Source: Scyliorhinus canicula (lineage: Eukaryota). From it: 64,000 nt of DNA. Shown in pieces: positions 26,245 through 39,012 of the stretch; positions within the stretch are counted from its first letter, which is position 1, and each line of letters opens with the position of its first letter. The stretch covers positions 243,237,212 through 243,301,211 of the forward strand of contig NC_052148.1 of NCBI RefSeq assembly GCF_902713615.1, read 5' to 3'. A program made the position numbers and the translations under genes. The notes under the pieces were generated by a model. That model ran no database searches, was not told the origin of the DNA, and saw only the letters and a list, made by a program, of their open reading frames with translations.

Positions 26245-27504
26245 ATACAGCCATTTACAACACACACCCTCCTTCTGTCTGTTAGAACAGCCTGCCCTAA
26301 TTTACACCCCCCTTACACCATCCCCCAACACACTGCTTGGGATCAAGAATTCACACACTCAATGAGTCCGTGCCTTTGAGTGGAAAGATCATCTTCTGGC
26401 TTTGTGCCCCCAATGAGACGCCTCATGCACATAAAGTACCAATTCTGACACGTACTCTTGCAGGTCGCACAAAACCCAAACATTAGCTCATTTTGTCACA
26501 TCAAATCTTCTTAATGCATTCTGTGTGCCTTTTGACTTCTTATGAAATGTAATAAAATGTAATTTGCTACTTTGGCTAGATTTTTATGGAAGTTGCTATG
26601 ACCTATCATTTGAATAACTGCAGTTCTAAAAATGTGAAACCAGATTATTGGTTAACACTTTCTGCATTGTCGAGCGTAAAAATAAAAGTGGTAAAAACAG
26701 ATTGAACAGATCATAAAAATATGTGTAGTTAATTAACTACTCACCATTATTAATTTTCAATAAACAAATACATTTTGTTTATCAGATAATTTGTACGATC
26801 TACAGCATTATGAAACAATCTAACTGGATACTGCTGCAATTGTTTCTCCCGCATCAAGATTTAGGGTGAGAGCTAATTGCTGTGTTGCACCCTGCCAGGA
26901 TCCGTGTGGGTCGCTTAGATCGCGGGAGGGTCCCAAATCGGGAACCGTGCCAGGTGCCAAGCGGTTTGCTATCTAATCGGCTCGCTCCCGTTGGCGGGAT
27001 CCGTATCCCGCCTAGAAGCGGTGCAAAGCTAGTTGAGGCCTTAAGGGCAAGTCAATCTCATTCGTGAGTTGGAAGCCTGATCTAACTGCCTCCCATGATC
27101 TAACCGGCTCCCCAATGAGAGGTCACGCCAATTAGTACTGCTCCACACAAACGTGGACCTGGCGTCACAATACCTGGGGGGTCTCCCAGGCCATTGGAGG
27201 TCCCTGGGTTGTCAGGGACAGGGTAGAGTTGCACCCTGGCTCTCTCCCTGGCACTTGGGAACTTTGGCACTGCCTACCTGTAACTGCCCAGGTGCCCAAG
27301 TGGTACTGTCAGGCTGGCAGGATCACCACCGGGGTGCCAGTGCCAGGGTGCCCAGGTGCCAGGGTGGCACTGCCAAGGGTCAGGGCCAAAGGGGGGGCCA
27401 TGCCCACGAAAGGAGGAATGAGGGGAAGTATGAAGGGTGGTGGGTTGCAATGTGTGGGTATGAAGGGGCCTCTGGAAGGTAATTTGCTTGCCCTATCTGG
27501 GACT

Positions 27505-27755
27505 GTGTTTTTTTCAATTCTTTCATGGGATCCGGGTGTCTCTGGCTGGCCCAGCATGGATTGTCCATCCCTAATTGCCCTTGAGCTGAGTGGCTTGCTC
27601 AGCCATGTCAGAGGGCATTTAAATGCCAAGCACATTGCTGTGGGTCTGGAGTCACATGTAGGCCAGGCCATGTAAGGATGGCAGGTTTTCTTCCCTAAAG
27701 GACATTACTGCACCACATGGGTTTCTATGGCAATTGACAATGGTTCCATGGTCAT
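27505..27755 (-). mobile_element. DeuSINE-type (SacSINE1-like) SINE, 3' half, split by Gypsy A
   Basis: Reverse complement of 44940-45170; continues collinearly at 39950. Confidence 0.75.
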
Positions 27756-29690
27756 TTCAGCAGCCACAGAGTATATCCAAACGAGAGGCGTAGAGAAAAG
27801 TGTTTTATTGTTAACTATGTACATAGCATACTTCAGGTCCCAGCCGGGATTACCCATGCTCAGCTCTCATCAGGGCTGGTTTTTAAGCTACAGTCCATTT
27901 ACTCTGCTGATGGATCCCCACCCCTCAGCGGGGAAGCTCATATTCCACAAAGCTCACAGGAGACTATTTGGCCCATCCCCAAAGGCCTTGTGTGGGTTAT
28001 AACATGCCCCCCCGAAAGTCTGAAGACCTATTGGAGACGGTGGAGCAGGAGGGTGCCTGCTCTTTGTCGTCCTTGGTTGTGCTTCTTGCGCCTGTGGCAT
28101 TGGATCAGGAGACATATATCTGGACGGCGAACCTAGTTTCCTTGCCTATCACCGTGACTGGTCGTCGGCAGGTTCGCTTTTGGAAACCTCCAATGCCTGG
28201 GTCTCCATACTGGAGTCCGAGTCTTCGACATTCCACATCTCTGCACCGGGCCCCCAGGGGGCAGCTCCCTTGGACTGATTGGTGTCGTGGCAGTCTGATT
28301 TGCAGCCAGTACCTCCAGAGGAGCTTTGCATTGAGCTGGTCTTCTGCATCTGAGGAGATCTATGTGTTCCTTCATCACTCAGTCCTAAGCTTGAATCTGG
28401 TATAAAACTGGCCCTATCTGTCAAACTACAGTTCCTGGGACGCACTTGGCGCCTCCCCCGAATTTTCTAATGCAAGCTGTGACACCTGTTCCGAACTGTC
28501 TGGTCTGCTTGTCTGGGCAATACCCCTGCTGCTTTTGACTGCGGCCCACCTTCCCGGCAATCGCGACATGTGTGGTGATATGGTAACAAAATAGAAATCT
28601 GGCCAGTCGTGTGTCAAGGGACCCCGAGGACTGCTTCTTCAGGCCTTTTTTAAACTGTTGCACCATTTCAGTCAGTGCATTCGTAGCTGGGTGGCACGGG
28701 ACCGTGCGGAAGTGTCGCCCTCCATTTGTCTTCATGAAACCCCCGAACGCTTTGCTAGTAAAAGACGTGCCATTGTCAGTGACCAACATCGCCGGGATAC
28801 AGTGTGTGCTGAACACGAGTTGCAGTTTTACAACCGTCGCCTTCAAAGTAGTGCACAACATCCTGTGGCCCTCAAACCACTTTGAATGGGCATCCACAAC
28901 CACTGAAAACATGGAGTCCAGGAAAGGACCGGCAAAGGCAGCATGTAGCCACACAGAAGGCCGGCCCGGCCATTTCTACGGGCGAAGGAGCACGACGGGC
29001 AGGTGTTACTGCTGTTTCTGCAAATGCCGCACTGCTGAGTCAACTGCTCTATCTCCACATCCAGGCCAAGCTGTGAGACTTGGCTTTGGGCGAGCATTTC
29101 GTTTTGGATAAGCCTGGGTGCCCATTGTGCAGATCTCACAGTGTAAAATTTGCGCCTTTTCTTGGAACATGACGTGAGTTCCTCACAAAAGAATGCTGTC
29201 TTCAACGCTGAATTGATATTATTGTCGAAAAAGCCTTTAACTCATTGGGCAGTTGCCGGTGTTACCCACCGTACAGGACAAAATGGCGGACAATAAAGGA
29301 TCTGTTTGAGCCCACTCACATATTTGGACCAAAGTGACAGGCAACATATCCATGAAGTTCAACGTGGCTACCACTTCATCGGCTCTGAGGCTCTGAGCAA
29401 AGGCCGACTCAGTGCATCTGCGTTTGCGATCTGTGTATCCAGCTGGTACTAAAACCCGTATTCATACGCCGCCAACAAGAGGGTTCATTGCTGGATATGG
29501 GCTGTCATGATGCGCGGGACAGCCCGATCTTCATTGAAGAGTCCCAGCAACGGATTGTGGTCAGTATTGTAAAGCAACGCCCATACATGTGTTGATGGAA
29601 CCTTTTGACTGGGAAGACCACGGGCAATCCTTCTTTCTCGATTTGCTTGTAGTTTCTTTCTGCCGCGGCCAGTGTCCTGGAAGCAAATGT

Positions 29691-29837
29691 TTTTTTAAAA
29701 TAAATTTAGAGTACCCAATTATTTTTTCCAATTAAGGGACAATTTAGTGTGGCCAATCCACCTATCCTGCACATCTTTTGGGTTGTGGTGGTGAAACCCA
29801 ACCAGACACGGGGAGAATGTGCAAACTCCACACGGAC
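29691..29837 (-). mobile_element. 5'-truncated V-SINE in Gypsy A
   Basis: 14-bp TSD CTGGAAGCAAATGT on both sides. Confidence 0.88.
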
Positions 29838-31077
29838 TACTGGAAGCAAATGTGATTGGTTGCTCGCTACTGTCATCCATATGGTGTGACACGAAGGCGG
29901 CAATGCCGTACAGCGAGGCAATGCACGGGATTACCAGCGGTTTGGCGGTATCATAGTGCGCCAGCAGGCTGGGTGATGTTAGCTTCACTTTGAGTAAACG
30001 CCACTTCCTGTTGCGCTCTCCACACGCATGGCTGGTTTATCTTCAGTAGAACATGCAGGGGGGAACGAGCAAGGTTGCGAGTCCAGGGAGTAATTCACGA
30101 GCCCCAGAAATGAGTGCAGCTCAATTGTGTTCTCTGGCGTGGGGGCCTGTTGGATTGCTCGGACTTTCTCCCCTGCTGGGTGTAATCCATCCCGGTCTGT
30201 GCAGTAGCCTAAGTAAATGATCTCCCTGGGTGGGAAAACACACCTCTCTTTTGAGACAGACGCCCGTATTTAAAATTGACAGAGTACCTTGCCTAAGTTG
30301 CTGAAATGTTCGCACTCCATTGTACCCGTGACCAAAGAACAAAGAAAAGAACAGCACAGGAACTGGCCTTTCGGCCCTCCAAACCTCCGCTGACCATGCT
30401 GCCCATCTAAACTAAAATCCTCTTCACTTCCGGGGTCCTTATCCCTCTATTCCCATCCTATTCATGTATTTGTCAAGATGCCCCTTAAACGTCACTATCG
30501 TAGCTGCTTCCCCCACCTCCTCCGGCAGCAAGTTCCAGGAACCACTACCCTCTGTGTAAAACATTTGCCTCATACATCTCCTCTAAACCTTGCCCCTTGC
30601 ACCTTAAACCTATGCCCCCTAGTAATTGGCCCCTCTATCCTTGTAAAAAGTCTCTGACCATCCACTCTGTCTATGCCCCTCATAATTTTGTAGACCTCTA
30701 TCAGGTCGCCCCTCAACCTCCTTTGTTCCAGTGAGAATGTGGTGAATGTAACTCTGTAATTCATACTGTGATATATATATGATACCGTACGATTGTAAGT
30801 GCAGTTGCGTTGCCCGACCACTTGGGGGAGTAGCTCTGGGAATGCTTAGGTGTTTGTACAGGGCTCCAGCTTTGGCTCCGCCCACGGCTCCTCTCCCTGG
30901 ACTGCAGTATAAATATCGATGCCCAGAGCCAGCCGACCAGTTCATCGAGAGTTCAACGTGTAACAGGCTGGCTCTGTAGTAAGTAGATTAAAACCACTGT
31001 TCATATCTCAAAGCACGTGTCTAGTGAATTGATGGTCTCATCAATTTAATCTACTTAAGAAACAGTCAGGATCAATC

Positions 31078-34000
31078 ATGGAATCAGCCCTCAAGCCTGA
31101 GCGACTGGAACTCGACCCACAGGATGCTGAGGCAAAATAAATGTTTTCTCATTGGCTCCGGTGTTTTAAAGCCTACCTGGCGGAAGCAAGCACAGCCGAA
31201 ACAACGGAGGAGCAGAAACTGAGCCTACTGCACGCGAGGGTGACCCACAGAATCTCTACTCAACTAAACTGTACCGGCTTCTATACTGAAGCCCTAGCGC
31301 TACTCGACAAAATGTATGTGAGGCCTGTTAATGAAGTCTATGCACGACATGTGTTCACTACTCGCCGCCAGCGGCCTACAGAATCGCTCGCAGAATTCCT
31401 GAGAGAACTTAAAACTTTATCTAGTGACTGTAATTACCAGGCGGTTACCGCGGCAGAATATAGAGGACGTGCTGTACGCGATGCCTTTGTTACGGGCCTT
31501 AGGTCAAATTACGTGCGGCAGCGACTGCTGGAAAAGGGGGCCCTAAATCTTGAAGCGGCTGTTCAACTTGTTACCACTATGGAGGTCTCTTTCCGCAGCC
31601 TCACCTCGTTCCCCGCAGACCCCGCGACCCCGTCATGATGGGGTCGCCCAGCCACAATGCTGCCCCAGCCTGCCACTTTTGCGGCCAGAATCAGCATTCG
31701 CGGCAGCACTGCCCGGCCCGCAACGCGACCTGCAGGAGCAGCGGGTGAAAAGGACACTATGCCAGAGTCTGTCTGGTGAAGAAAGCCCCAGCCTCTGACC
31801 CTCCCACGGCTCAAAGCACTCATTCCGCCCCAGCCTCTAACCCTCCCACGGCTCAAAGCACTCGTTCCCTGAATTCACAGGCCTGCAGGCCCTGAAATGC
31901 TGCAGCCTGTATGCCGACTCCACCGCCACCTGACATGTGCGACTCATGGGGGCGGCCATCTTGGCAATCCTCCTCCATGTGGCCGGCCATGTGCGACTCA
32001 TGGGGCAGCCATTTTGGCAATCCTCCTCCATGCGGCCGGCCATGTGCGACTCATGGGGGCGGCCATCTTGGCAATCCTTCTCCATGCGGCCGGCCATGTG
32101 CGACTCATGGGGGCGGCCATCTTGGGATCCATCCCCTTCAAACTCTGAAACTCACCTCGACGACTACGAACTCAGAGGGCAGTCATCACGGGCCCACTCC
32201 AGCACAGCTGATCGAGCCGCCAACTACCCGCAACTCAGTGCAGTCACTCTGGCCCAATCGCGCCCGAAGCATCTGCGAAACTCGATGGCGACAGTCCAAA
32301 TTAACGGGTACAGCACGCCGTGCCTTTTCGACTCCGTGAGCACTGAGACCTTCGTACACCCAGATCTGGTAAGACGCTGTTCGCTCCCTCTTTTCCCCGC
32401 GCGGCAAACTATCTCCCTCGCTTCGGGCTCCCACTCTGTCCAGATCCAAGGGCGCACCGCCGCGATGCTCACAATCCCAAGGCGCTAGCAATGCCAAATT
32501 CCAGCTCTACGTCCTGCCCGAACTCTGCGCCCCACTCTTATTGGGCCTAGATTTTCAGTGTAGCCTCAAGAGTCTCACCCTCAGTTTCGGCGGGCTCCTA
32601 CCCCCACTCACTATCTGCAGCCTAGCCACACTGCGAATCTCCCCCCCTCCTCTCTTTGCCAATCTCACCCAGGACTCTAAACCCGTAGCCACTCGCAGCA
32701 GGCGGAATAGCCTGCAGGATAGGGTGTTCGTCAGATCAGAGGTCCGAAGGCTTCTCAGTGAAGGGATCATAGAGGCCAGCAACAGCCCCTGGAGAGCTCA
32801 GGTGGTGGTCGTCAAGACCGGGGAAAAATTCCGCATAGTCGTAGACTATAGTCAGACCATTAATAGGTTTACGCTCCTCGACGCGTACCCCCTCCCCAGG
32901 ATTGCAGACATGGTAAATCAGATCGCCCAGTATCGGCTCTTTTGCATACCACCAGCTCCCAATCCGCCCGGAGGACTGCCACTACACAGCATTTGAGGCC
33001 GATGGCCGCCTCTTCCATTTCCTCCGGGTTCCCTTCAGCGTCACTAATGGGGTTTTGGTGTTCCAACGAGCAATGGACCGAATGGTGGACCAGTACGGGC
33101 TGCGGGCCACGTTCCTGTACTTGGATAACGTTACCATCTGCGGCTATGACCAGCAGGACCACGATGCCAACTTCTACCGTTTTCTCCAGACGGCTCAGAA
33201 ACTAAACCTCACCTATAACAAGGAGAAATGCATTTTCCGCACGACCAGACTAGCCATCCTCAGCTATGTCGTGGAAAACGGAGTCCTGGGTCCCGACCCG
33301 GACCGTATGCTTAGATCTTAGAACACATAGAACTCCCTCTCCCTCATTGTCCCAAGGCCCTCAAACGGTGCTTGGGATTCTTTTCGTATTGCGCCCAGTG
33401 GGTCCCTCAATATACGGACAAAGCCCGTCCACTCTTTAAGGCCACACTATTTCCCCTGTCAGCTGAGGCGCGCCAGGAACTGCATCAAGGAGGATATCGC
33501 CAAAGCGGCCATGTGGGCGGTGGATGAATCCATCCCCTTTCAGGTTGAGAGCGACGCCTCAGAGGTAGCTCTAGCAGCCACACTAAATCAGGCACGGAGA
33601 CCAGTCGCATTCTTCTCCCGTGCCTTCTCCGCTTCGGAACTCCGACACTCGGCAGTCGAAAAAGAAGCACAAGCCATTGTGCAGGCTATTCGTCACTGGA
33701 GGCACTACCTCGCAGGTAGGAGGTTCACCCTCATCACTGACCAAAGATCGGTTGCCTTCATGTTTGACAACTTGCAAAGGGGCAAAATTAAAAACGATAA
33801 AATTCTGCGGTGGAGGATCGAACTCTCCACCTATAGCTACGATATTAAGTATCGACCGGGGAAGCTTAACGAGCCCTCGGATGACCTATCCCGCGGGACG
33901 TGCGCCAGCGCGCAGACCGACCGCCTGAAAGTCATCCACAATGACCTCTGCCACCCGGGGGTCACCCGGCTCGCCCACTACATCAAAGCCCGAAATCTGC

Positions 34001-35085
34001 CTTTCTCCACTGAGGAGGTAAAAACTGTCACCAGAGACTGCCCGATCTGCGCGGAGTGCAAACCGCACTTCTATAGACCAGACAGGGCCCACCTGGTCAA
34101 GGCTTCTAGGCCCTTTGAATGACTTGCGATCGATTTCAAAGGGCCGCTCCCCTCAACTAACAGGAACGTTTACTTCCTAAACGTCATAGATGAGTTCTCC
34201 CCCTTCCCTTTTGCTATCCCGTGCCTCTATATGACCTCCCACACAGTCATTAGGGCCCTGCATAGTGTCTTCACCCTGTTTGGTTTCCCCAATTATGTAC
34301 ACAGCGACCGGGGTTCGTCCTTCATGAGCGACGAGCTGCGTCAGTACCTGCTCGACAAGGGCATCGCCTCGAGCAGGACTACCAGCTACAACCCCAGGGG
34401 GAACGGGCAGGTGGAGAGGGAGAATGCGACGGTCTGGAAGACGGTCCTACTGACCCTCCGGTCCAGGAATCTCCCAGTCTCCCATTGGCAGGATGTCCTC
34501 CCAGACGCGCTCCACGCTATTAGGTCACTCTTATGCACCGCAACCAACCAGACCCCTCACGAGAGGCTCTTTATCTTTTCCAGGGGCACTACCACGGGGG
34601 TCTCACTCCCGGCATGGCTGAAGACACCGGGCCATGTACTCCTGAGGAAGCACATCAGGACGCACAAAACTGACCCCCTTGTAGAGAAGGTGCGCCTGCT
34701 TCACTCAAACCCCCAGTACGCCTTCATAGAGTTCCCTGACGGCCGTCAGGACACCGTATCCCTCCGGGACCTAGCACCCGCTGGATCCAGCATCCCCACT
34801 ATCACTGCAGAGGTACCCCTCATTCTGCACCCCACCCAGCCGCCCACTCGCGCTCCCGAGCCCACTAGCTCACTACATTTGTTTTGCGCACCTGCACCGG
34901 CTAACCCCCAGCGCCCCCAGTCCCCAGTCGAATCAGGCGGGTATGGAGCTCGGACGGAATCACCCCTGGAGCCCGCCATCATACCCCGACCCACAACACC
35001 CATCCAGCCACCACAAGAGGCTGTAACCCCGGTGCTCCGCAGATCGCAGCGGACGACTCGACCACCGGACAGACTCAATGTATGA
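31078..35085 (+). pseudogene. gag-pol: Gypsy B gag-pol with stops and frameshifts
   Basis: Starts MESALKPERL with a premature TAA at 31138. Protease CLFDSVS; RT DAYPLPRI / YLDN; RNase H SDAS...EKEA...TDQ; integrase HNDLCH...CAEC, SDRG, NGQVE. Confidence 0.93.
31934..32125 (+). repeat. 54-bp tandem repeat (~3.5 copies) in the Gag-protease linker
   Basis: Units start at 31934, 31988, 32041 and 32095 and encode MCDSWGRPSWQSSSMxPA. Confidence 0.92.
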
Positions 35086-35476
35086 ACCACTACCCCCGCC
35101 GGACTTGATTTTTTTGTAGGGGGTGAATGTGGTGAATGTAACTCTGTAATTCACACTGTGATATATATGAGACCGTACGATTGTAAGCGCAGTTGCGTTG
35201 CCCGACCACTTGGGGGAGTAGCTCTGGGAATGCTTAGGAGTTTGTACAGGGCTCCACCCTTGGCTCCGCCCATGGCTCCTCCCCCTGGACTGCTGTATAA
35301 ATATCGATGCCCAGAGCCAGCCGACCAGTTCATCGAGAGTTCAACGTGTAACAGGCTGGCTCTGTTGTAAGTAGATTAAAACCACTGTTCATATCTCAAA
35401 GCACGTGTCTAGTGAATTGATGGTCTCATCAGAGAACAAACCAAGTTTATTCAACCTCTCCTCATAGCGAATGCCG

Positions 35477-35712
35477 GGGGCAGCATGGTGGCGCAGTGGG
35501 TTAGCCCTGTTGCCTCATGGCGCCGAGGTCCCAGGTTCGATCCCGGCTCTGGGTCACTGTCTGTGTGGAGTTGGCACATTCTCCCGTGTTTACATGGGTT
35601 TTACCCCCACAACCCAAAGATGTGCAAGGTAGGTGGATTGAACACGCTAAATGGCCCCTTAATTGGAAGAAAATGAATTGGGTACACTAAATTCATTAAA
35701 AAAATAAAAATA
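35477..35712 (+). mobile_element. V-SINE (short tail) inserted in CR1
   Basis: Flanked by a CTCATAGC(G/T)AATGCC duplication. Confidence 0.88.
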
Positions 35713-36654
35713 ACCCTCATACAGAGCTGGATGAGGTTAGTACTCATAGCTAATGCCCTCCATACCAGGCAACCCCTGGTCAATTCCTTCTCCACCCTCT
35801 CTAAAGCCTCCACATCCTTCTGGTGGTGTGGCGACCAGAATTGAACACTTCACTCCAAGTGTTGCCTAACTAAGGTTTTGTACAGCTGCAACATGACTTG
35901 CCAATTTTTATACTCAATGCCCTGGCCAATGAAGGCAAGCATGCCGTATGCCTTCTTGACTACGTTCTCCACCTGTGTTGCCCCTTTCAGTGACCTGTGG
36001 ACCTGTACACCTAGATCTCTCTGACTTTCAATACTCCTGAGGGTTCTACCATACACTGTATATTCCCTACCTGTATTTGACCTTCCGAAATGCATTACCT
36101 CACATTAAATTAGGTTAAATTCCACCTGCCATCTCTCCGCCCAAGTCTCCAAATGATTTAAAGCCTGCTGTATCCTCTGACAGTCCTCATTGCTATCCAC
36201 AATTCCACCAATCTTTGTCCGCAAACTTACGAATCAGACCAGTTACATTTTCCTCCAAATCATTTATATATACCAAATTATTTACTAATACGTCATCCAA
36301 ATAAACAGCCACTTGTGGCAGGCCCCGCAGAATGTTTTCCATCACATACTGGAAAATGCTGCAGGCCGACAATACCTCGAAAGATAATCTAATGTATTGA
36401 CAAAGGCCCCTTTGGGTATTTATGGTCACATATTGCCAAGACTCAGGGTCCAACTCCAGCTGCAGATAGGCATGATTCATGACAGGTTTTGCAAATGCGT
36501 GGCCTCCAGCCAGTTTTGCATACAATTCCTCGATACGTGGTATCGGATATCTATCCAATTGTGAGGCCCTATTTTCCGTGAATTAGTAGCCGCCGCAAAG
36601 TTGAACAGTTTTATCTGCTTTAAGGATGGGGACTACTGGTGTTATTACCCAATC

Positions 36655-38478
36655 AGTGAATTTTACGGTCGAATGATCCCAAGGCCCACAAATCAGTTAA
36701 GAGTGGCTAAGGTAAATATTGGTCCTTTAGAGGATGAGAAGAGAGGTTTAATAATGGGAGATGAGGAAATGGCTGAGGAACTGAACAGGTTTTTTTGGGT
36801 CGGTCTTCACAGTGGAAGACACAAATAACATGCCAGCGACTGATAGAAATGAGGCTATGACAGGTGAGGACCTTGAGAGGATTGCTATCACTGAGGAGGT
36901 AGTGATGGGAAAGCTAATGGGGCTAAAGGTCGACAAGTCTCCTGGCCCTGATGGAGTGCATCCCAGAGTGCTAAACGAGATGGCTAGGGAAATTGCAAAT
37001 GCTCTAGTGATAATTTACCAAAATTCACTAGACTCTGGGGTGGTCCCGGCGGATTGGAAATTAGCAAATGTGACACCACTGTTTTAAAAAGGAGGTAGGC
37101 AGAAAGCGGGTAATTATAGGCCAGTGAGCTTAACTTCGGTAGTAGGGAAGATGCTGGAATCTACCATCAAGGAAGAAATAGCGAGGCATCTGGATGGAAA
37201 TTGTCCCATTGGGCAGACGCAGCATGGGTTCATAAAGGGCTGGTCGTGCCTAACTAATTTAGTGGAATTTTTTGAGGACATTACCAGTGTGGTAGATAAT
37301 GGGGAGCCAATGGATGTGGTATATCTGGATTTCCAGAAAGCCTTTGACAAGGTGCCACACAAAAGGTTGCTGCATAAAATAAAGATGCATGGCATTAAGG
37401 GTAAAGTAATAGCATGTATAGAGGATTGGATAATTAAGAGAAAGCAAAGAGTGGGGATTAATGGGTGTTTCTTTGGTTGGCAATCAGTAGCTAGTGGTGT
37501 CCCTCAGGGATCAGTGTTGGGCCCACAATTATTCACAATTTACATAGATGATTTGGAGTTGGGGACCAAGGGCAATGTGTCCAAGTTTGCAGACGACACT
37601 AAGATGAGTGGTAAATCAAAAAGTGCAGAGGATACTGGAATTCTGCAGAGGGATTTGAATAGGTTAAGTTAATGGGCGAGGGTCTGGCAGATGGAATACA
37701 ATGTTGACATATGTGAGGTTGCCAATTTTGGTAGGAATAACAGCAAAAGGGATTATTATTTAAATGGCAAAATATTAAAACATGCTGCTGTGCACAGAGA
37801 CCTGGGTGTGCTAGTGCATGAGTCGCAAAAAGTTGGTTTACAGGTGCAACAGGTGATTAAGAAGGCAAATGGAATTTTGTCCTTCATTGCTAGAGTGATG
37901 GAGTTTAAGACTAGGGAGGTTATGCTGCAATTGTATAAGGTGTTAGTGAGGCCACACCTGGAGTATTGTGTTCAGTTTTGGTCTCCTTACCTGAGAAAGG
38001 ATGTACCTGTGCTGGAGGGTGTGCAGAGGAGATTCATGAGGTTAATCCCAGATCTGAAAGGGTTGGATTACGAGGAGAGGTTGAGTAGACTGGGACTATA
38101 CTCGTTGGAATTTAGAAGGATGAGGGGGGATCTTATAGAAGCATAAAAAATTATGAAGGGAATAGATAGGATAGATGCGGGCAGGTTGTTTCCACTGGTG
38201 GGTGAAAACAGAACTAGGGGACATAGCCTCAAAATAAGGGGAAGTAGATTTAGGACTGAGTTTGGGAGGAACTTCTTCACCCAAAGGATTGTGAATCTAT
38301 GGAATTCCTTGCCCAGTGAAGCAGTTGAGGCTCCTTCATTAAATGTTTTTAAGGTAAAGATAGATAGTTTTTTGAAGAATAAAGGGATTAAGGGTTATGG
38401 TGTTCAGACCAGAAAGTGGAGCAGAGTCCACAAAAGATCAGCCATGATGTCATTGAATGGCGGAGCAGGCTCAAGGGG
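36655..38478 (+). mobile_element. 5'-truncated CR1 LINE (ORF2 RT to 3'UTR) inside Gypsy A
   Basis: KSPGPDG, YLDFQKAFDKV, GVPQGSVLGP, FADD and RRMRGDLIE motifs, with in-frame stops. Confidence 0.95.
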
Positions 38479-38794
38479 CTCTGTCTCAACCTTTGCCAGT
38501 AACGTGTGGGGACTGGGTGGGCCCGAAATATTTAGGCTGTGCTTCAGGGTCGACATGAGTTCTTGCCATGGCTCCCTTGATTTTCCCCAGCCAGGTTTTG
38601 AAAATTTTGGGGTATTTCCCCAACACTTCATAGAGGCCTCAGTACTCATCTGAAAAATCCGCTGCCAATCGCGGCCTAACAGACTAGGGCCTAGGCTTTC
38701 CACCACAAACAATGGCAGTCTCACAGATTGTTACCCATAAATCACTGGGGTCACCGTGGCCCCAGCTATGTCAAGCAGTTCCTCCGTACCGGTA

Positions 38795-39012
38795 AGGAGC
38801 ATAGGAATTAGGAGCAGAAGAAGGCAATTCAGCTCTTCGCACATGTCATTCAATCGGATCATGGCTGATCTCTTCCTGGTCTCAAAGCTACGTCCCTACC
38901 TATTCCCCATATCCCTTTAACACGTTTTTAAAAATCAGAAATATAACTATCTCCCTCTTGAAACCATTTAATGAATCGGACTCCACCGCACTATGGGGCA
39001 GCAAGTTCCTCT
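38795..39012 (-). mobile_element. CR1 3' tail fragment
   Basis: Similar to 8310-8530. Confidence 0.7.

Larger units (their letters stand above)
30738..35431 (+). mobile_element. Full-length Gypsy LTR retrotransposon B
   Basis: LTRs 30738-31043 and 35128-35431 (about 10 substitutions plus 1 indel by eye); TG...CA termini; 5-bp TSD GAGAA; purine tract before the 3' LTR. Confidence 0.97.
30334..36280 (-). mobile_element. CR1 LINE inserted in the Gypsy A RT and split by Gypsy B
   Basis: 30334-30737 (tail, FSLEQRRLRGDLIEVYKIM) joins 35432-36280 (FADKD, RDLGV...HLE) across the GAGAA TSD. Confidence 0.9.

Noticed and set aside
25433-26254. 273-aa ORF
   Set aside because: Read-through across a V-SINE and a DNA-transposon relic; no protein motif.
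34231-35085. Chromodomain or env ORF after integrase in B or C
   Set aside because: The C-terminus is a Pro-rich tail ending LRRSQRTTR, with no room or motif for an extra ORF before the PPT.
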